Below are positions 45,627 to 54,453 of a stretch of DNA of 64,000 nt, one piece after another; position 1 is the first letter of the stretch, and each line of letters begins with the position of its first letter. A model generated the notes under the pieces. That model was not told the DNA's origin, ran no database searches, and worked only from the letters and a program-made list of their open reading frames with translations. The position numbers and the translations under genes are program-made. The stretch lies in IMG/VR virus record IMGVR_UViG_3300029998_000021. One strand, written 5' to 3'. The stretch comes from a virus. Its lineage: Duplodnaviria; Heunggongvirae; Uroviricota; Caudoviricetes.

Positions 45627-45743
45627 CTACATTCGCATTATTAAATCACAGATTACATTTTTTAGAATTTACAATTTACAAGTTTGTTTCTTTTTTGAAT
45701 TGCTGTATGTAATCTTCAAGATTTATTTTTTAAGAACAGAATA

Positions 45744-45797
45744 CTATTTTTTTTCTTTTCCATAGAAGTTTTTTTAATTTGCTGTTAGTATTCTTTA
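45744..45797 (+). repeat. second copy of the 50-nt repeat (see 39486)
   Basis: TTTTTTTCTTTTCCATAGAAGTTTTTTTAATTTGCTGTTAGTATTCTT. Confidence 0.55.
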
Positions 45798-45805
45798 TCA
45801 GAGCA

Positions 45806-45885
45806 ACACGGTGGGATTCGAACCCACGACATCATCTATACCACAGATGCATTCTACCTACTGAATTACAATTGCATTTCGATTT
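45806..45885 (-). ncRNA. tRNA-like 3' fragment (T-arm GUGGGUUCGAAUCCCAC) without a clean acceptor pairing; possible pseudo-tRNA
   Basis: T-arm clear, acceptor 3' CGUGUUG has no matching 5' strand. Confidence 0.25.
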
Positions 45886-45899
45886 TTCTTTCTCAACTA

Positions 45900-45999
45900 T
45901 AAAAGTTTCAAGGAAATATAAAATCGTAAAACCCTACATCGTGGATCGTGTGAGATTTCGACTCCTCTTAAACATTGCAAGTGTTTCGTGCTAAGCAGG
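45900..45999 (-). repeat. structured element X (shares AACACUUGCAAUGUU...GAGG...UCGAAAU...CCACG..GGGUU with element Y at 46940-47045)
   Basis: About 70% identical copies flanking the HNH gene 46000..46902. Confidence 0.35.
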
Positions 46000-46902
46000 T
46001 TACACTACACAACCCATATAAATTTCTTTTAATTCTTCCAAATCTATATATGTTTTAATATCTTTTTCATAATATTTTCCATATTTATCTTCAAATATTT
46101 CTATTTTTTCTAACAATTCTTCAATTGTCAATGAACAATCATCAGATTTACTTTGATTTTTCTTATTCACAATCAATTCACAATTTGCTGGATGTGCAAG
46201 TAATAATGGATTTATTAATTTTCGAAATCCTCCTTTTACTGACAACATATGATCTCGACTCACACCATCAACATTATCACCATTATTTTTAGCCTTATAC
46301 CAGCCAAATTTTTCAATCAATGTAAAATCAAATTCAGTATTAAAATCTTTCAAATTGAATTTAAATTTTGATAACACATAATATAACTCAAACTCTGTTT
46401 TATTTTTAGAATGATATTCGTTTTTACATTTTATATTACAAAAAATTCTATTTCTATATCTAAATTCTAATACCGAATCACAATTAAAACATAATTTAGA
46501 ATTTTCATAATATAATTCCTTTTCTTTAACGTATTTAATTTTTTCCGAATTTAATAAATTTTTATAAGCAGATTCTATTAAACTTTTTCTTCCATCTTCA
46601 CTTAAATTATGCTTTATACCCTTTCTTAATTTGTTATTAAATTTTGCTGAACAAGAATGATCACAAAAGTCCGAATTTAACAATCTTTTTTCAAAGGATA
46701 TTATTTCACCACAAAATTTACAGATATTAGGATTTTTCAAATATTCTTTTTCAGCCAAAACACTTTTATTTTTAAAAATTTCTTTAACCTTACTATAATC
46801 TCTTAAATTTTTATTAACATATATATTTCTACATTTCAGAGAACAATACACTCTTTTATCATCTATTAAATTTTCACACTCATCGTTTTTACACTTTTTC
46901 AT
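46000..46902 (-). CDS. HNH endonuclease with multiple N-terminal CxxC zinc fingers
   Basis: CKNDEC...CSLKC, CKFCG, CFNCD; C-term GVSRDHMLSVKGGF...NCELIVNKKN (HNH: H, N, N). Confidence 0.55.
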   Translation of the reverse strand: MKKCKNDECENLIDDKRVYCSLKCRNIYVNKNLRDYSKVKEIFKNKSVLAEKEYLKNPNICKFCGEIISFEKRLLNSDFCDHSCSAKFNNKLRKGIKHNLSEDGRKSLIESAYKNLLNSEKIKYVKEKELYYENSKLCFNCDSVLEFRYRNRIFCNIKCKNEYHSKNKTEFELYYVLSKFKFNLKDFNTEFDFTLIEKFGWYKAKNNGDNVDGVSRDHMLSVKGGFRKLINPLLLAHPANCELIVNKKNQSKSDDCSLTIEELLEKIEIFEDKYGKYYEKDIKTYIDLEELKEIYMGCVV

Positions 46903-46939
46903 TTATAATACTTATTTTTAATTATATAGTAATAAAAAT

Positions 46940-47045
46940 GTGGAAAGTTTATTTTATGAACCCTGTGGAGACGAGGATAATCGAAATCCCCTCACGAACA
47001 TTGCAAGTGTTCATCGCCTTAGCCTTGGAACATGCGCCCCCATTT
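46940..47045 (-). repeat. structured element Y (homolog of X), T-arm-like GGGGAU-UUCGAUU-AUCCUC
   Basis: See X. Confidence 0.35.
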
Positions 47046-47111
47046 GTGAAGATTCACATCTTCACTTTATTCTAAATCTTAAATATGTCAAATAACTCTT
47101 TATTGTGATCC

Positions 47112-47260
47112 AGAAGGGATTCGAACCCTCATTTTCATTTCCGTTATGCACATCTCGCTTAGAAGGCGTAGCCATTACAGGACCAATATAATGTGTGTCT
47201 ATCCACACCTGTCGCAGTCGATTAACTAAAACTTTTCACAGTTTCGATACACATATTCAA
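47112..47260 (-). ncRNA. non-canonical tRNA-like RNA 'A' (paralog of B) with 5' hairpin GUGUG-GAUAGA-CACAC
   Basis: Acceptor GGUCCUG/CUGGAUC pairs with the same U-U as B but compensatory changes at two other positions; conserved CUGUAAUGGC...AUGUGCAUAACGGAAAUGAAAAUG...GGGUUCGAAUCCC. Confidence 0.35.
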
Positions 47261-47278
47261 CTGTCTAATATGCTGCTG

Positions 47279-47353
47279 TCTGAGTGGTGGGATTCGAACC
47301 CACGGACCGATGTTTCCAGAACACCGTAGTATAACCATCTGCAATACACCCAG
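47279..47353 (-). tRNA. tRNA-Pro(UGG)? with 6-bp anticodon stem or 9-nt loop UUCUGGAAA
   Basis: Acceptor CUGGGUG/CACUCAG; T-arm GUGGG-UUCGAAU-CCCAC; anticodon region CGGUG-UUCUGGAAA-CAUCG. Confidence 0.5.
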
Positions 47354-47379
47354 ATAAATGAATTTCTACGCTTCCTCTC

Positions 47380-47465
47380 TATCGGTACTATGAAATTCTA
47401 ACAGTCTCCTACTCGTCGGGTATGTACGATTTGAACGTCTCCCCAAAATCCCAAATTTTGGATGC
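47380..47465 (-). ncRNA. degenerate tRNA-like element (acceptor CGGGUAU/AUACCCG, weak T-arm)
   Basis: Acceptor pairing perfect but T-stem only 3 bp. Confidence 0.2.
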
Positions 47466-47503
47466 AACCAAGTTACACCTCATACCCGTTTTTTTTATTA
47501 AAC

Positions 47504-47541
47504 AAAAAAATCCGAAAATTTTGAAACTCTCGGATTTTTTA
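47504..47541. terminator. hairpin AAATCCGA...TCGGATTT flanked by A/T runs (upstream boundary of RNA island)
   Basis: 8-bp stem, 14-16-nt loop. Confidence 0.4.
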
Positions 47542-47584
47542 TATTCTAGTTAATCTATATTATTTAGATTAGGTATAATACATC

Positions 47585-47645
47585 CGAGCGTAGTCTGACT
47601 GGTCTGCCTCCTACGGGAGCAGTTGTCGTTGCCACTGTCGCTGTA
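47585..47645. other. GC-rich 60-nt island with CUCC-UACG-GGAG tetraloop hairpin
   Basis: CCGAGCGTAGTCTGACTGGTCTGCCTCCTACGGGAGCAGTTGTCGTTGCCACTGTCGCTG in otherwise 20-25% GC DNA. Confidence 0.3.
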
Positions 47646-47818
47646 TTTGTCCTAAAATTTTTCATTATTTCTATTTATTTCTTATTTTGTTTTATTATTT
47701 CTTAATTTCTCTACAAAGATAAAGACTTTTTCCGAATAAAAAAATATATTTTATATATTTATTAAAAAAAGTCGTTTTTTTCTGTTTTTAGTATATAATG
47801 AATAACTTAAAAAGTTTA

Positions 47819-48082
47819 TTAATTATTGTGATAAAGTTGCACATCACCAATATATTCAATAACCTCACCTTTTTTAATTTTTAAATCTAATTTATTTTTT
47901 CTTTCATATTCCATTAAAAATTGTAAACCTTGTTCATAGATGTCACACTCTACACTTTGATCATCATCACTCAAAGCAATATTAACAACAGACATAACAG
48001 GTACTGGCAACAAATCATAATCATATAAAAGACCAAATGATCCTTCGTCACAAGTTTCTAGTATAAATATTCCTCTTTTCAT
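47819..48082 (-). CDS. hypothetical protein
   Basis: 87-aa ORF. Confidence 0.4.
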   Translation of the reverse strand: MKRGIFILETCDEGSFGLLYDYDLLPVPVMSVVNIALSDDDQSVECDIYEQGLQFLMEYERKNKLDLKIKKGEVIEYIGDVQLYHNN

Positions 48083-48085
48083 AAA

Positions 48086-48295
48086 TTATATTATTTTTAA
48101 AGCTGATTCGTAAATTCCACACAAAAATCCATCCTCAAATTTTATAGTTGTATACCATCTTTTATAATTGTATGATATAACAACTGCTGTCATTCCATTT
48201 TTTGTTCTTTCAATAATCTCGTTATAATTTCCAAATTCTTTTACTTTGTCAAATTCATCAAGATCAACTACAACGTAGTCTCCTTTTTTAATCAT
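48086..48295 (-). CDS. hypothetical protein
   Basis: 69-aa ORF. Confidence 0.35.
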   Translation of the reverse strand: MIKKGDYVVVDLDEFDKVKEFGNYNEIIERTKNGMTAVVISYNYKRWYTTIKFEDGFLCGIYESALKII

Positions 48296-48319
48296 TTATT
48301 TTTTATTTTTATATTACTT

Positions 48320-48568
48320 TTAATATTGGGATCTCCAATTTAATCTAACTAATTCGTTCATTTTCATAGTATCTTCATATGAATATTCAACATTTAAATA
48401 TTTGAACCAATCTTCAATCATATTATTACCAAGTTTATCAGTTCTTAAAAATATTCCAGGCGCACCAGGATATCCTGTATATCCAGAATAAATAGTTTTG
48501 AACCAATCATTAAAATTTTCAACATTAAATTTTTTCTTAAAAAAAGATTTAAAATTTGATATTTTCAT
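48320..48568 (-). CDS. hypothetical protein
   Basis: 82-aa ORF. Confidence 0.4.
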   Translation of the reverse strand: MKISNFKSFFKKKFNVENFNDWFKTIYSGYTGYPGAPGIFLRTDKLGNNMIEDWFKYLNVEYSYEDTMKMNELVRLNWRSQY

Positions 48569-48584
48569 TTTAATATATTAATTT

Positions 48585-48730
48585 TTAATATTCCCAGCCA
48601 TTATATTTTATATGAGGAACATCATCTTGTTTAACTCTACGAATCTTACGATTACGTTGTCTTTTCCATTCTTTACGAGAATGTGATTTACGACCATTAA
48701 GATGTTCTATTTGTTCTATTTTAAGACTCA
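48585..48730 (-). CDS. small basic protein (48 aa), possible nucleic-acid binder
   Basis: MSLKIEQIEHLNGRKSHSRKEWKRQRNRKIRRVKQDDVPHIKYNGWEY; not in ORF track. Confidence 0.3.
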
Positions 48731-48783
48731 TTGGTTAATTTGATTTAAATACAAAGATAATAATAAAATTGAAATAAAAAATT

Positions 48784-49155
48784 TTAAATATTAAATTTAT
48801 TCAAAGTGGTTTTATATGATTTCATTTTTTTAATAGAATCTGTGTCTAAATTTATTTCTGGTATAAATCCATCTTCTTCAGTTTTGTCATCCCAAGTAGT
48901 TTTTCCAATCTCTATGCCCATATCCGAAAAATCTAGTTTTAATGCTTTATAATCAACACTCTTACCATCAACTATTTTATCAAGATATAACATCACCCAC
49001 TCTTCATTTATATTATAAGACGAGCCATTACATTCATAACCACCAAAATTACCATTAGTTAGATTATCTATAAGTTGTTCAATAACCTCTTTTCTTGTTA
49101 ATTTTAACAAAGTTGGTCCTTTATACGTATATGCTTCAAATTTTTGTATTTCCAT
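48784..49155 (-). CDS. hypothetical protein
   Basis: 123-aa ORF. Confidence 0.4.
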   Translation of the reverse strand: MEIQKFEAYTYKGPTLLKLTRKEVIEQLIDNLTNGNFGGYECNGSSYNINEEWVMLYLDKIVDGKSVDYKALKLDFSDMGIEIGKTTWDDKTEEDGFIPEINLDTDSIKKMKSYKTTLNKFNI

Positions 49156-49168
49156 GTTTTTATAATTT

Positions 49169-50041
49169 TTACAATTGACCTAATTCTTCTGTTTTTAATC
49201 CTATTGATGTTGCCAAGTTTTGTAATTCTTCTTTATTCATATTCATAATTTTATTAAGAATCATTTTCTTAGCATTATCATTGTTTGTGCCTTTCATCTG
49301 TTTTGAGAGTTGATCAACACTATTGCTTGTGCTGGCACCTAATTGATTTAATAATTGAAATTTAGACTTTAATAACTCAAATAATGACATGTTAACCCAT
49401 TGAATTGCACTTTTTTTATAACTTAACAAATCAGCAGCGGTATTAATTGTAGTTGCTTGATTCGGAGCATCAGCTTCTAATATCTTATAAATATTATACA
49501 TTATACCTTCTGTTGTTGTTTGAGGTGTAGATTGCTGTGGAACTGCTTGTGTAGTTGTTTGAGGGCTATCTAATCCTGCAGATTTTTTAATTTCTGGTAA
49601 AATTAAATTTATATATTCTTGTATAGAATTTGCAAATTGATCTTCTGGATAACTCATTAATTTCATTAATCTTTTATCTTTTGATCTTTCAAATATTTTT
49701 TCCATTGTAAATTCAGCATTCTGAAGTTTATTAACAATAGGTTTAAGAGAAAAATAAAAATATTTTATTTCATCTGATAATAATTTATTAACTACATCAA
49801 TAGTTTCCGCACTATTTATTTCATTTTGCATTGTAGTTTGACTAGATCTAATATATCTTTCATATAAATTTGCAACATTTTTCTCAGTATCTACTTTTTT
49901 TGTAAAATCAGTAAATAAATTATTTAAATTTTGATTTGGATTATTAAATATATTATTATATTGAGCTTTCAAAAAAGTGGATACTGAAGAAGATATTGTT
50001 CCTTCTGTTAAAAATTCATTATATGATGTTAAATTATTCAT
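49169..50041 (-). CDS. hypothetical protein, paralog pair A (N-term MNNLTSYNEFLT; Q/T/P-rich segment)
   Basis: Shares YNEFLT N-terminus and low-complexity linker with 50047..51219. Confidence 0.45.
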   Translation of the reverse strand: MNNLTSYNEFLTEGTISSSVSTFLKAQYNNIFNNPNQNLNNLFTDFTKKVDTEKNVANLYERYIRSSQTTMQNEINSAETIDVVNKLLSDEIKYFYFSLKPIVNKLQNAEFTMEKIFERSKDKRLMKLMSYPEDQFANSIQEYINLILPEIKKSAGLDSPQTTTQAVPQQSTPQTTTEGIMYNIYKILEADAPNQATTINTAADLLSYKKSAIQWVNMSLFELLKSKFQLLNQLGASTSNSVDQLSKQMKGTNNDNAKKMILNKIMNMNKEELQNLATSIGLKTEELGQL

Positions 50042-50046
50042 AAAAA

Positions 50047-51219
50047 TTATTTTATCGGATTTAATATATTAATACCAATAGGATGAACGCCAGGTTTAGC
50101 AACAGTAGTTACAAAAACTAGTTTTCCGTCATCACTAACAACTTTTCCATCTTTATTAGCTTTAACTGTAGCAATAACAGCTTTACCTTCTTTATTTTTA
50201 AACGAATATGTATTATTAGCTTTAATATCTTCTTTCTTAATAGCCGAAACAGTCGTTCCAGCAACTGGAGTTTTTACTTCAGCTTTAAGAGCAGATGGCG
50301 CTACCCAAAATTCACCCTTATCACTTTTAACTTTCCACATACCTTTATGCTCTGGTTTTGTAGTATCAGGAGCACCATTTTCATCTTGACCTATTGCTTT
50401 ACCTAAAACTGTCACTTCAATTTCTTTTCCTTGTGTTGTACTATCATATTTATATTTAGTGCCAGATGTTACTGTTACTTGTGTAGATTTTTCACCCAAT
50501 TTTGTATTTAACGCATCAACAGCTTGTTTAAATTTCAATTCATTTTCTTTTTTTGTTTTTGTAAGTTCAGTCAATTTCTTCTGATCGCCAGCTTTTTGAT
50601 AAATTCCCCACCATTGATCAAATACATATGTATTAAATTGATTTTTCATAACAGTTGAATATGCAGTCAATTTATCTGATGAATAATCAGGATTTTTTGA
50701 CAATCTTTTTACAATTGCATCTATTTCACCATTAAATTGAGTTCTTAATTTCTCTATTTGGTCCTCAGTTAATTTTGCAACTTTTGCAATTTTCTCTGGC
50801 GTTAAATTTACAAGATTTTTTTGCTCTGTAGTATTTTGCTTTTTTTGATCTGCTGTTTCAACTGGTGGTGTTGTTGCAGGATTTGCTGTTGCTGTAGCTT
50901 CATTTAATTTATTACCAACAAAATTAAAACTAGAATTTTGTGTTGTGCCAGATGCAGGAGTAGTTATCGGCGTACTTGGCGCAACATTAGATACAGTTTC
51001 AGCAGCACCGACATTTGCAACTTTTGCAAATGTCGTATCTATATTTTTTTTATACTTATCATAAACAGCATTTATTTCTTTAGAACCTTTGACTTTATTA
51101 GCAAGTTTTATTACACTATTCAATAATCCTTTGAACATTTTACCAATAAAATTTTCGTTTAATATCTCACCATCTTTGTGAATAGTCAAAAATTCATTTT
51201 TTGAATATAAGTTTTTCAT
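50047..51219 (-). CDS. hypothetical protein, paralog pair B (N-term MKNLYSKNEFLT; T/P/A-rich linker; possibly structural)
   Basis: Late-promoter box 18 nt upstream. Confidence 0.45.
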   Translation of the reverse strand: MKNLYSKNEFLTIHKDGEILNENFIGKMFKGLLNSVIKLANKVKGSKEINAVYDKYKKNIDTTFAKVANVGAAETVSNVAPSTPITTPASGTTQNSSFNFVGNKLNEATATANPATTPPVETADQKKQNTTEQKNLVNLTPEKIAKVAKLTEDQIEKLRTQFNGEIDAIVKRLSKNPDYSSDKLTAYSTVMKNQFNTYVFDQWWGIYQKAGDQKKLTELTKTKKENELKFKQAVDALNTKLGEKSTQVTVTSGTKYKYDSTTQGKEIEVTVLGKAIGQDENGAPDTTKPEHKGMWKVKSDKGEFWVAPSALKAEVKTPVAGTTVSAIKKEDIKANNTYSFKNKEGKAVIATVKANKDGKVVSDDGKLVFVTTVAKPGVHPIGINILNPIK

Positions 51220-51236
51220 ATCTATCCTTTATTTTT

Positions 51237-51244
51237 TATTTATA
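51237..51244 (-). promoter_or_regulatory. TATAAATA late-promoter box (minus)
   Basis: Plus TATTTATA, 18 nt upstream of ATG 51219. Confidence 0.35.
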
Positions 51245-51288
51245 TATTAAAATTTGAAAATCATTTTTAAGAATGACCTTTTTTTATA

Positions 51289-51296
51289 TATAAATA
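51289..51296 (+). promoter_or_regulatory. TATAAATA late-promoter box (plus)
   Basis: 17 nt upstream of ATG 51313; divergent pair with 51237. Confidence 0.35.
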
Positions 51297-51312
51297 AAAT
51301 AAAATATTTTTT

Positions 51313-52668
51313 ATGACATATGTATATGATATTTTTATAATAAGTAAAAATAAAACTGAAATAACGGTATATGAAATTCAACCAAATGGAAATGAAAATC
51401 AAATCTATTCAGATACTGAAGATAATATAAATACAGCAATAGCACAAACACTTACAGACTTATTATCAGAGTACACAAATATTAATCAAATGACGTTAAG
51501 GCATAAAATAGATCAAACCGCACCAACAATAACGGCAACACAATCAGTTAATTCAGTTGTCACATCTAATAGTGGCTCAACATTTAATACTGCATCAACA
51601 TCTGAATTAACAAAATCTATAGATAATTTGCAAAATAAAATAACAACAGTACAAAGTATTGGATTACCACCAATATCTACTATGCCAAAAAATATTTGGG
51701 ATAAATCTATTAAGCCAAATTTATTAACTCAAAGACAAATAGCTAAAAAAATGATAATACTACAAGGTGCATCATATAATCCTCCAATATCAGAAGAAGA
51801 TGCTCAATTATGTGTTTATGGTAAAATTTATTATAAAAATAATAAATTATATGATAATGATAAATTAGATCCAGCGTGTATCTCACAACCAGGAGATGAT
51901 GATTATCAACCACCAATTAATGAAAATCATCCTATATGGAAAAAAATAGACAAACAAATAAAAGACTTAGAAAACGATTTAATACAATTAGGTATTAAAT
52001 TAGGAGAATTTACAATCGCGATACCAGCAGCAACATTAACAATAACAATATCATTAGCAGCATTAGTTTCATCAGCAGTTATTTTACCATTTGGATCAGG
52101 AATACCAACTGCTATGACAGCGACACAAACAATGATGACAGTCATAAGAAATTTACAACAAAAAACAGCAGAAATATTACCTCTATTAGCAATAATAGAT
52201 ACTATTGGATTATTATTACCTAAAGAATCACAATCAGTTATATCACAAATTAATACAATATTTGCAATTTTTATTACAATTTTAGCATCACTTACTATAC
52301 TAATAGGATTATTAAATAAAGTAACATCATCATTAAGTAAATCAACAAATAAAATGAATAGTATTGGATTAACGATAAAAGCTAAAGCAGAGCCATCAAA
52401 AATTTCAAAAGGTGATGAAGTCACATTATCAGTTGATGCATCTGGTAGTGATTATCAATTTAAATATGAATGGACAGATATAAATGGAAATATAATACCA
52501 AGAACTAATTTAGATGGGGATGATGATGGATATAGAGTAATAACGCCAAATATTCCATATGTTATTAATTCATTTAATTCAATAGTACCATCAGCAACAT
52601 ACACATGTAAAGTAACGGACGGAAAAGGAACAATAAAAACATCATCAGTTAAAGTTTTTAGAACTTAA
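51313..52668 (+). CDS. polytopic membrane protein with C-terminal Ig-like domain
   Basis: Hydrophobic segments (AIPAATLTITISLAALVSSAVILPF; ILPLLAIIDTIGLLLP; IFAIFITILASLTILIGLL); C-term ...SATYTCKVTDGKGTIKTSSVKVF. Confidence 0.45.
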   Translation: MTYVYDIFIISKNKTEITVYEIQPNGNENQIYSDTEDNINTAIAQTLTDLLSEYTNINQMTLRHKIDQTAPTITATQSVNSVVTSNSGSTFNTASTSELTKSIDNLQNKITTVQSIGLPPISTMPKNIWDKSIKPNLLTQRQIAKKMIILQGASYNPPISEEDAQLCVYGKIYYKNNKLYDNDKLDPACISQPGDDDYQPPINENHPIWKKIDKQIKDLENDLIQLGIKLGEFTIAIPAATLTITISLAALVSSAVILPFGSGIPTAMTATQTMMTVIRNLQQKTAEILPLLAIIDTIGLLLPKESQSVISQINTIFAIFITILASLTILIGLLNKVTSSLSKSTNKMNSIGLTIKAKAEPSKISKGDEVTLSVDASGSDYQFKYEWTDINGNIIPRTNLDGDDDGYRVITPNIPYVINSFNSIVPSATYTCKVTDGKGTIKTSSVKVFRT

Positions 52669-53549
52669 TATTTTCTAAAATTTTCAAACTTCACTGTAAG
52701 TTTTTTATCCTGAACTTTTATTGGATATTTAACTGGTGTCATCAATTTAATTACATTAGTCTCAAATGGATTTATTTCATTATTAGTTATAAGATTATTA
52801 ACTAAAATTAATTCAGTATTATCAAGTCTATTATTTATAAATTCAACACACTCACTATCACTATTTCTAACTAAATAATCAAAATAATCCTGTAAATTGT
52901 TAAGATTTGCTGTATTAGATTTAACATCATCATAAAAATAAATTTTATCATAAGCATCCATTTTAACTGGCATAAATCTATCATTATCAACACTCAACCC
53001 AACTAAATGACTTAAAAGAACTTTATTTTTATCATAAAACACTCTATCTTGATGACCAGTTATTCTAATAGATTCAGAGACAAAATATATTTTATCTATC
53101 TCCAAACCATACTCTTTTAATTTAACTCTTAACTTATTAAGTAAAGGCGCATGTTTTTTCCTATCACTTCTAGCGGTCAAAAGACCAATTTCTATATTTT
53201 TTCCTATTAAATGCTTAACATTATTAAGTAATAATTGAACATCTTTTTTATTTAAAATATCATCATCAAAAAATTCACTATACGAAATTCCTAAATTACC
53301 AAATCTAATATTTTTATTCTTTCTTAATATACGCTCCATTATATCTTTAGAAATATAAAACTTTTCATTATTATATTCAATCAAAATATCATCTTTAACA
53401 TAAATACCACTTTTAATCAATGCAAATTCTATTTGAGATATTTTTAAAATTGGAACTCCTGGTTTATTTTTATCAATAATCCATATATCACTCTTTATGT
53501 ACCATAAAGTGTTGTCCAGATCGAACATCGCTAACTCTTTATTAATCAT
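52665..53549 (-). CDS. HAD-superfamily hydrolase/phosphatase
   Basis: Motif I MFDLDNTLW; motif II IGLLTARSD. Confidence 0.5.
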   Translation of the reverse strand: MINKELAMFDLDNTLWYIKSDIWIIDKNKPGVPILKISQIEFALIKSGIYVKDDILIEYNNEKFYISKDIMERILRKNKNIRFGNLGISYSEFFDDDILNKKDVQLLLNNVKHLIGKNIEIGLLTARSDRKKHAPLLNKLRVKLKEYGLEIDKIYFVSESIRITGHQDRVFYDKNKVLLSHLVGLSVDNDRFMPVKMDAYDKIYFYDDVKSNTANLNNLQDYFDYLVRNSDSECVEFINNRLDNTELILVNNLITNNEINPFETNVIKLMTPVKYPIKVQDKKLTVKFENFRKY

Positions 53550-54450
53550 AACAATATATTTTTTCTAAAATATCAGAATCTTTTAATTTTCTATTATATT
53601 TAATTCTAATCAATTTAATATCATTATCTACACAAAAATCAGTTTTAATTTGATCGTGTTTTTGTATATATTCTAAATTTTCAACACCACCCCAAAACTC
53701 AATTGGTTCAAAATGTTGTAAACCATCATATTCAATACATAAATTATGATCTGGTAAATAAAAATCATAATATAACGCATTTTTATCCTTACAATCTTCA
53801 AATTCTTTTTGTTGTACAAATAAAATTTTATTTTCATTTAATGTTTTAATTATCTGAAGTTCACCTTTACTTTTTCTACATTTTGGACACCCATGTCTTC
53901 TATTTGTATGTATATCTGGTTTTTGTTCAAAAATGCCATGTTTTTTACATATGATTTTAACTTTTATATTACCTGAAACATAATCAACTAAACTATAATC
54001 ATATAAATCAACATGAACACTCTTAGCAAATGAAATAAATTCTTCTGTTGTTTTTGTGTTTTTTCCTGAACATTTTAAACATCCACTTTTTTGTATTAAA
54101 TGTCCATTTGGTTTTTGCTCAAATATTCCATGTTCTGGGCATATTATTTTTACTTTTGTAAAATTATTTTTATAATCAACTAAACTATAATCATATTTAT
54201 CATCATGTATAATAGCCGCAGTTTTTATAAATTCATCTAATGTTATTTTTTTATTTCCATAGCACTTAGGACAACCTTGTTTTGAATGTATATGATTAGA
54301 TGGGGTTTGCTCAAATATTCCATGCTCTGAACATATAATTTTTACCTTAGTAAAATTATTTTTATAACAAACCAGGCTATAATCATATTTATTATTATGA
54401 ATTTCGTTTGATTTTTCTATAAACTGCTCAAATGTCAATCTTCTACCCAT
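53542..54450 (-). CDS. homing-endonuclease-like protein: 3x (YDYSLVxY...KVKIIC..HGIFEQ.P..H....GCPKC) repeats plus DUF559/Vsr-like domain
   Basis: Three near-identical about 60-aa repeats; C-term YYDFYLPDHNLCIEYDGLQHF; paralog of 42866..43864. Confidence 0.6.
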   Translation of the reverse strand: MGRRLTFEQFIEKSNEIHNNKYDYSLVCYKNNFTKVKIICSEHGIFEQTPSNHIHSKQGCPKCYGNKKITLDEFIKTAAIIHDDKYDYSLVDYKNNFTKVKIICPEHGIFEQKPNGHLIQKSGCLKCSGKNTKTTEEFISFAKSVHVDLYDYSLVDYVSGNIKVKIICKKHGIFEQKPDIHTNRRHGCPKCRKSKGELQIIKTLNENKILFVQQKEFEDCKDKNALYYDFYLPDHNLCIEYDGLQHFEPIEFWGGVENLEYIQKHDQIKTDFCVDNDIKLIRIKYNRKLKDSDILEKIYCYD

Positions 54451-54453
54451 ATA

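Noticed and set aside
43856-45994. ORFs 43856..44107, 44494..44682, 44999..45241, 45265..45450, 45571..45765, 45779..45994 in the RNA island
   Set aside because: They coincide with tRNA/tRNA-like genes and GC-rich hairpins on the opposite strand; the translations are compositionally odd (Cys/Arg/Pro-rich from GC-rich RNA genes).
47600-47625. CCTACGGGAG stretch resembling the universal 16S rRNA primer site
   Set aside because: Only 10-11 nt match with no flanking rRNA similarity; treated as coincidence within a GC-rich hairpin.
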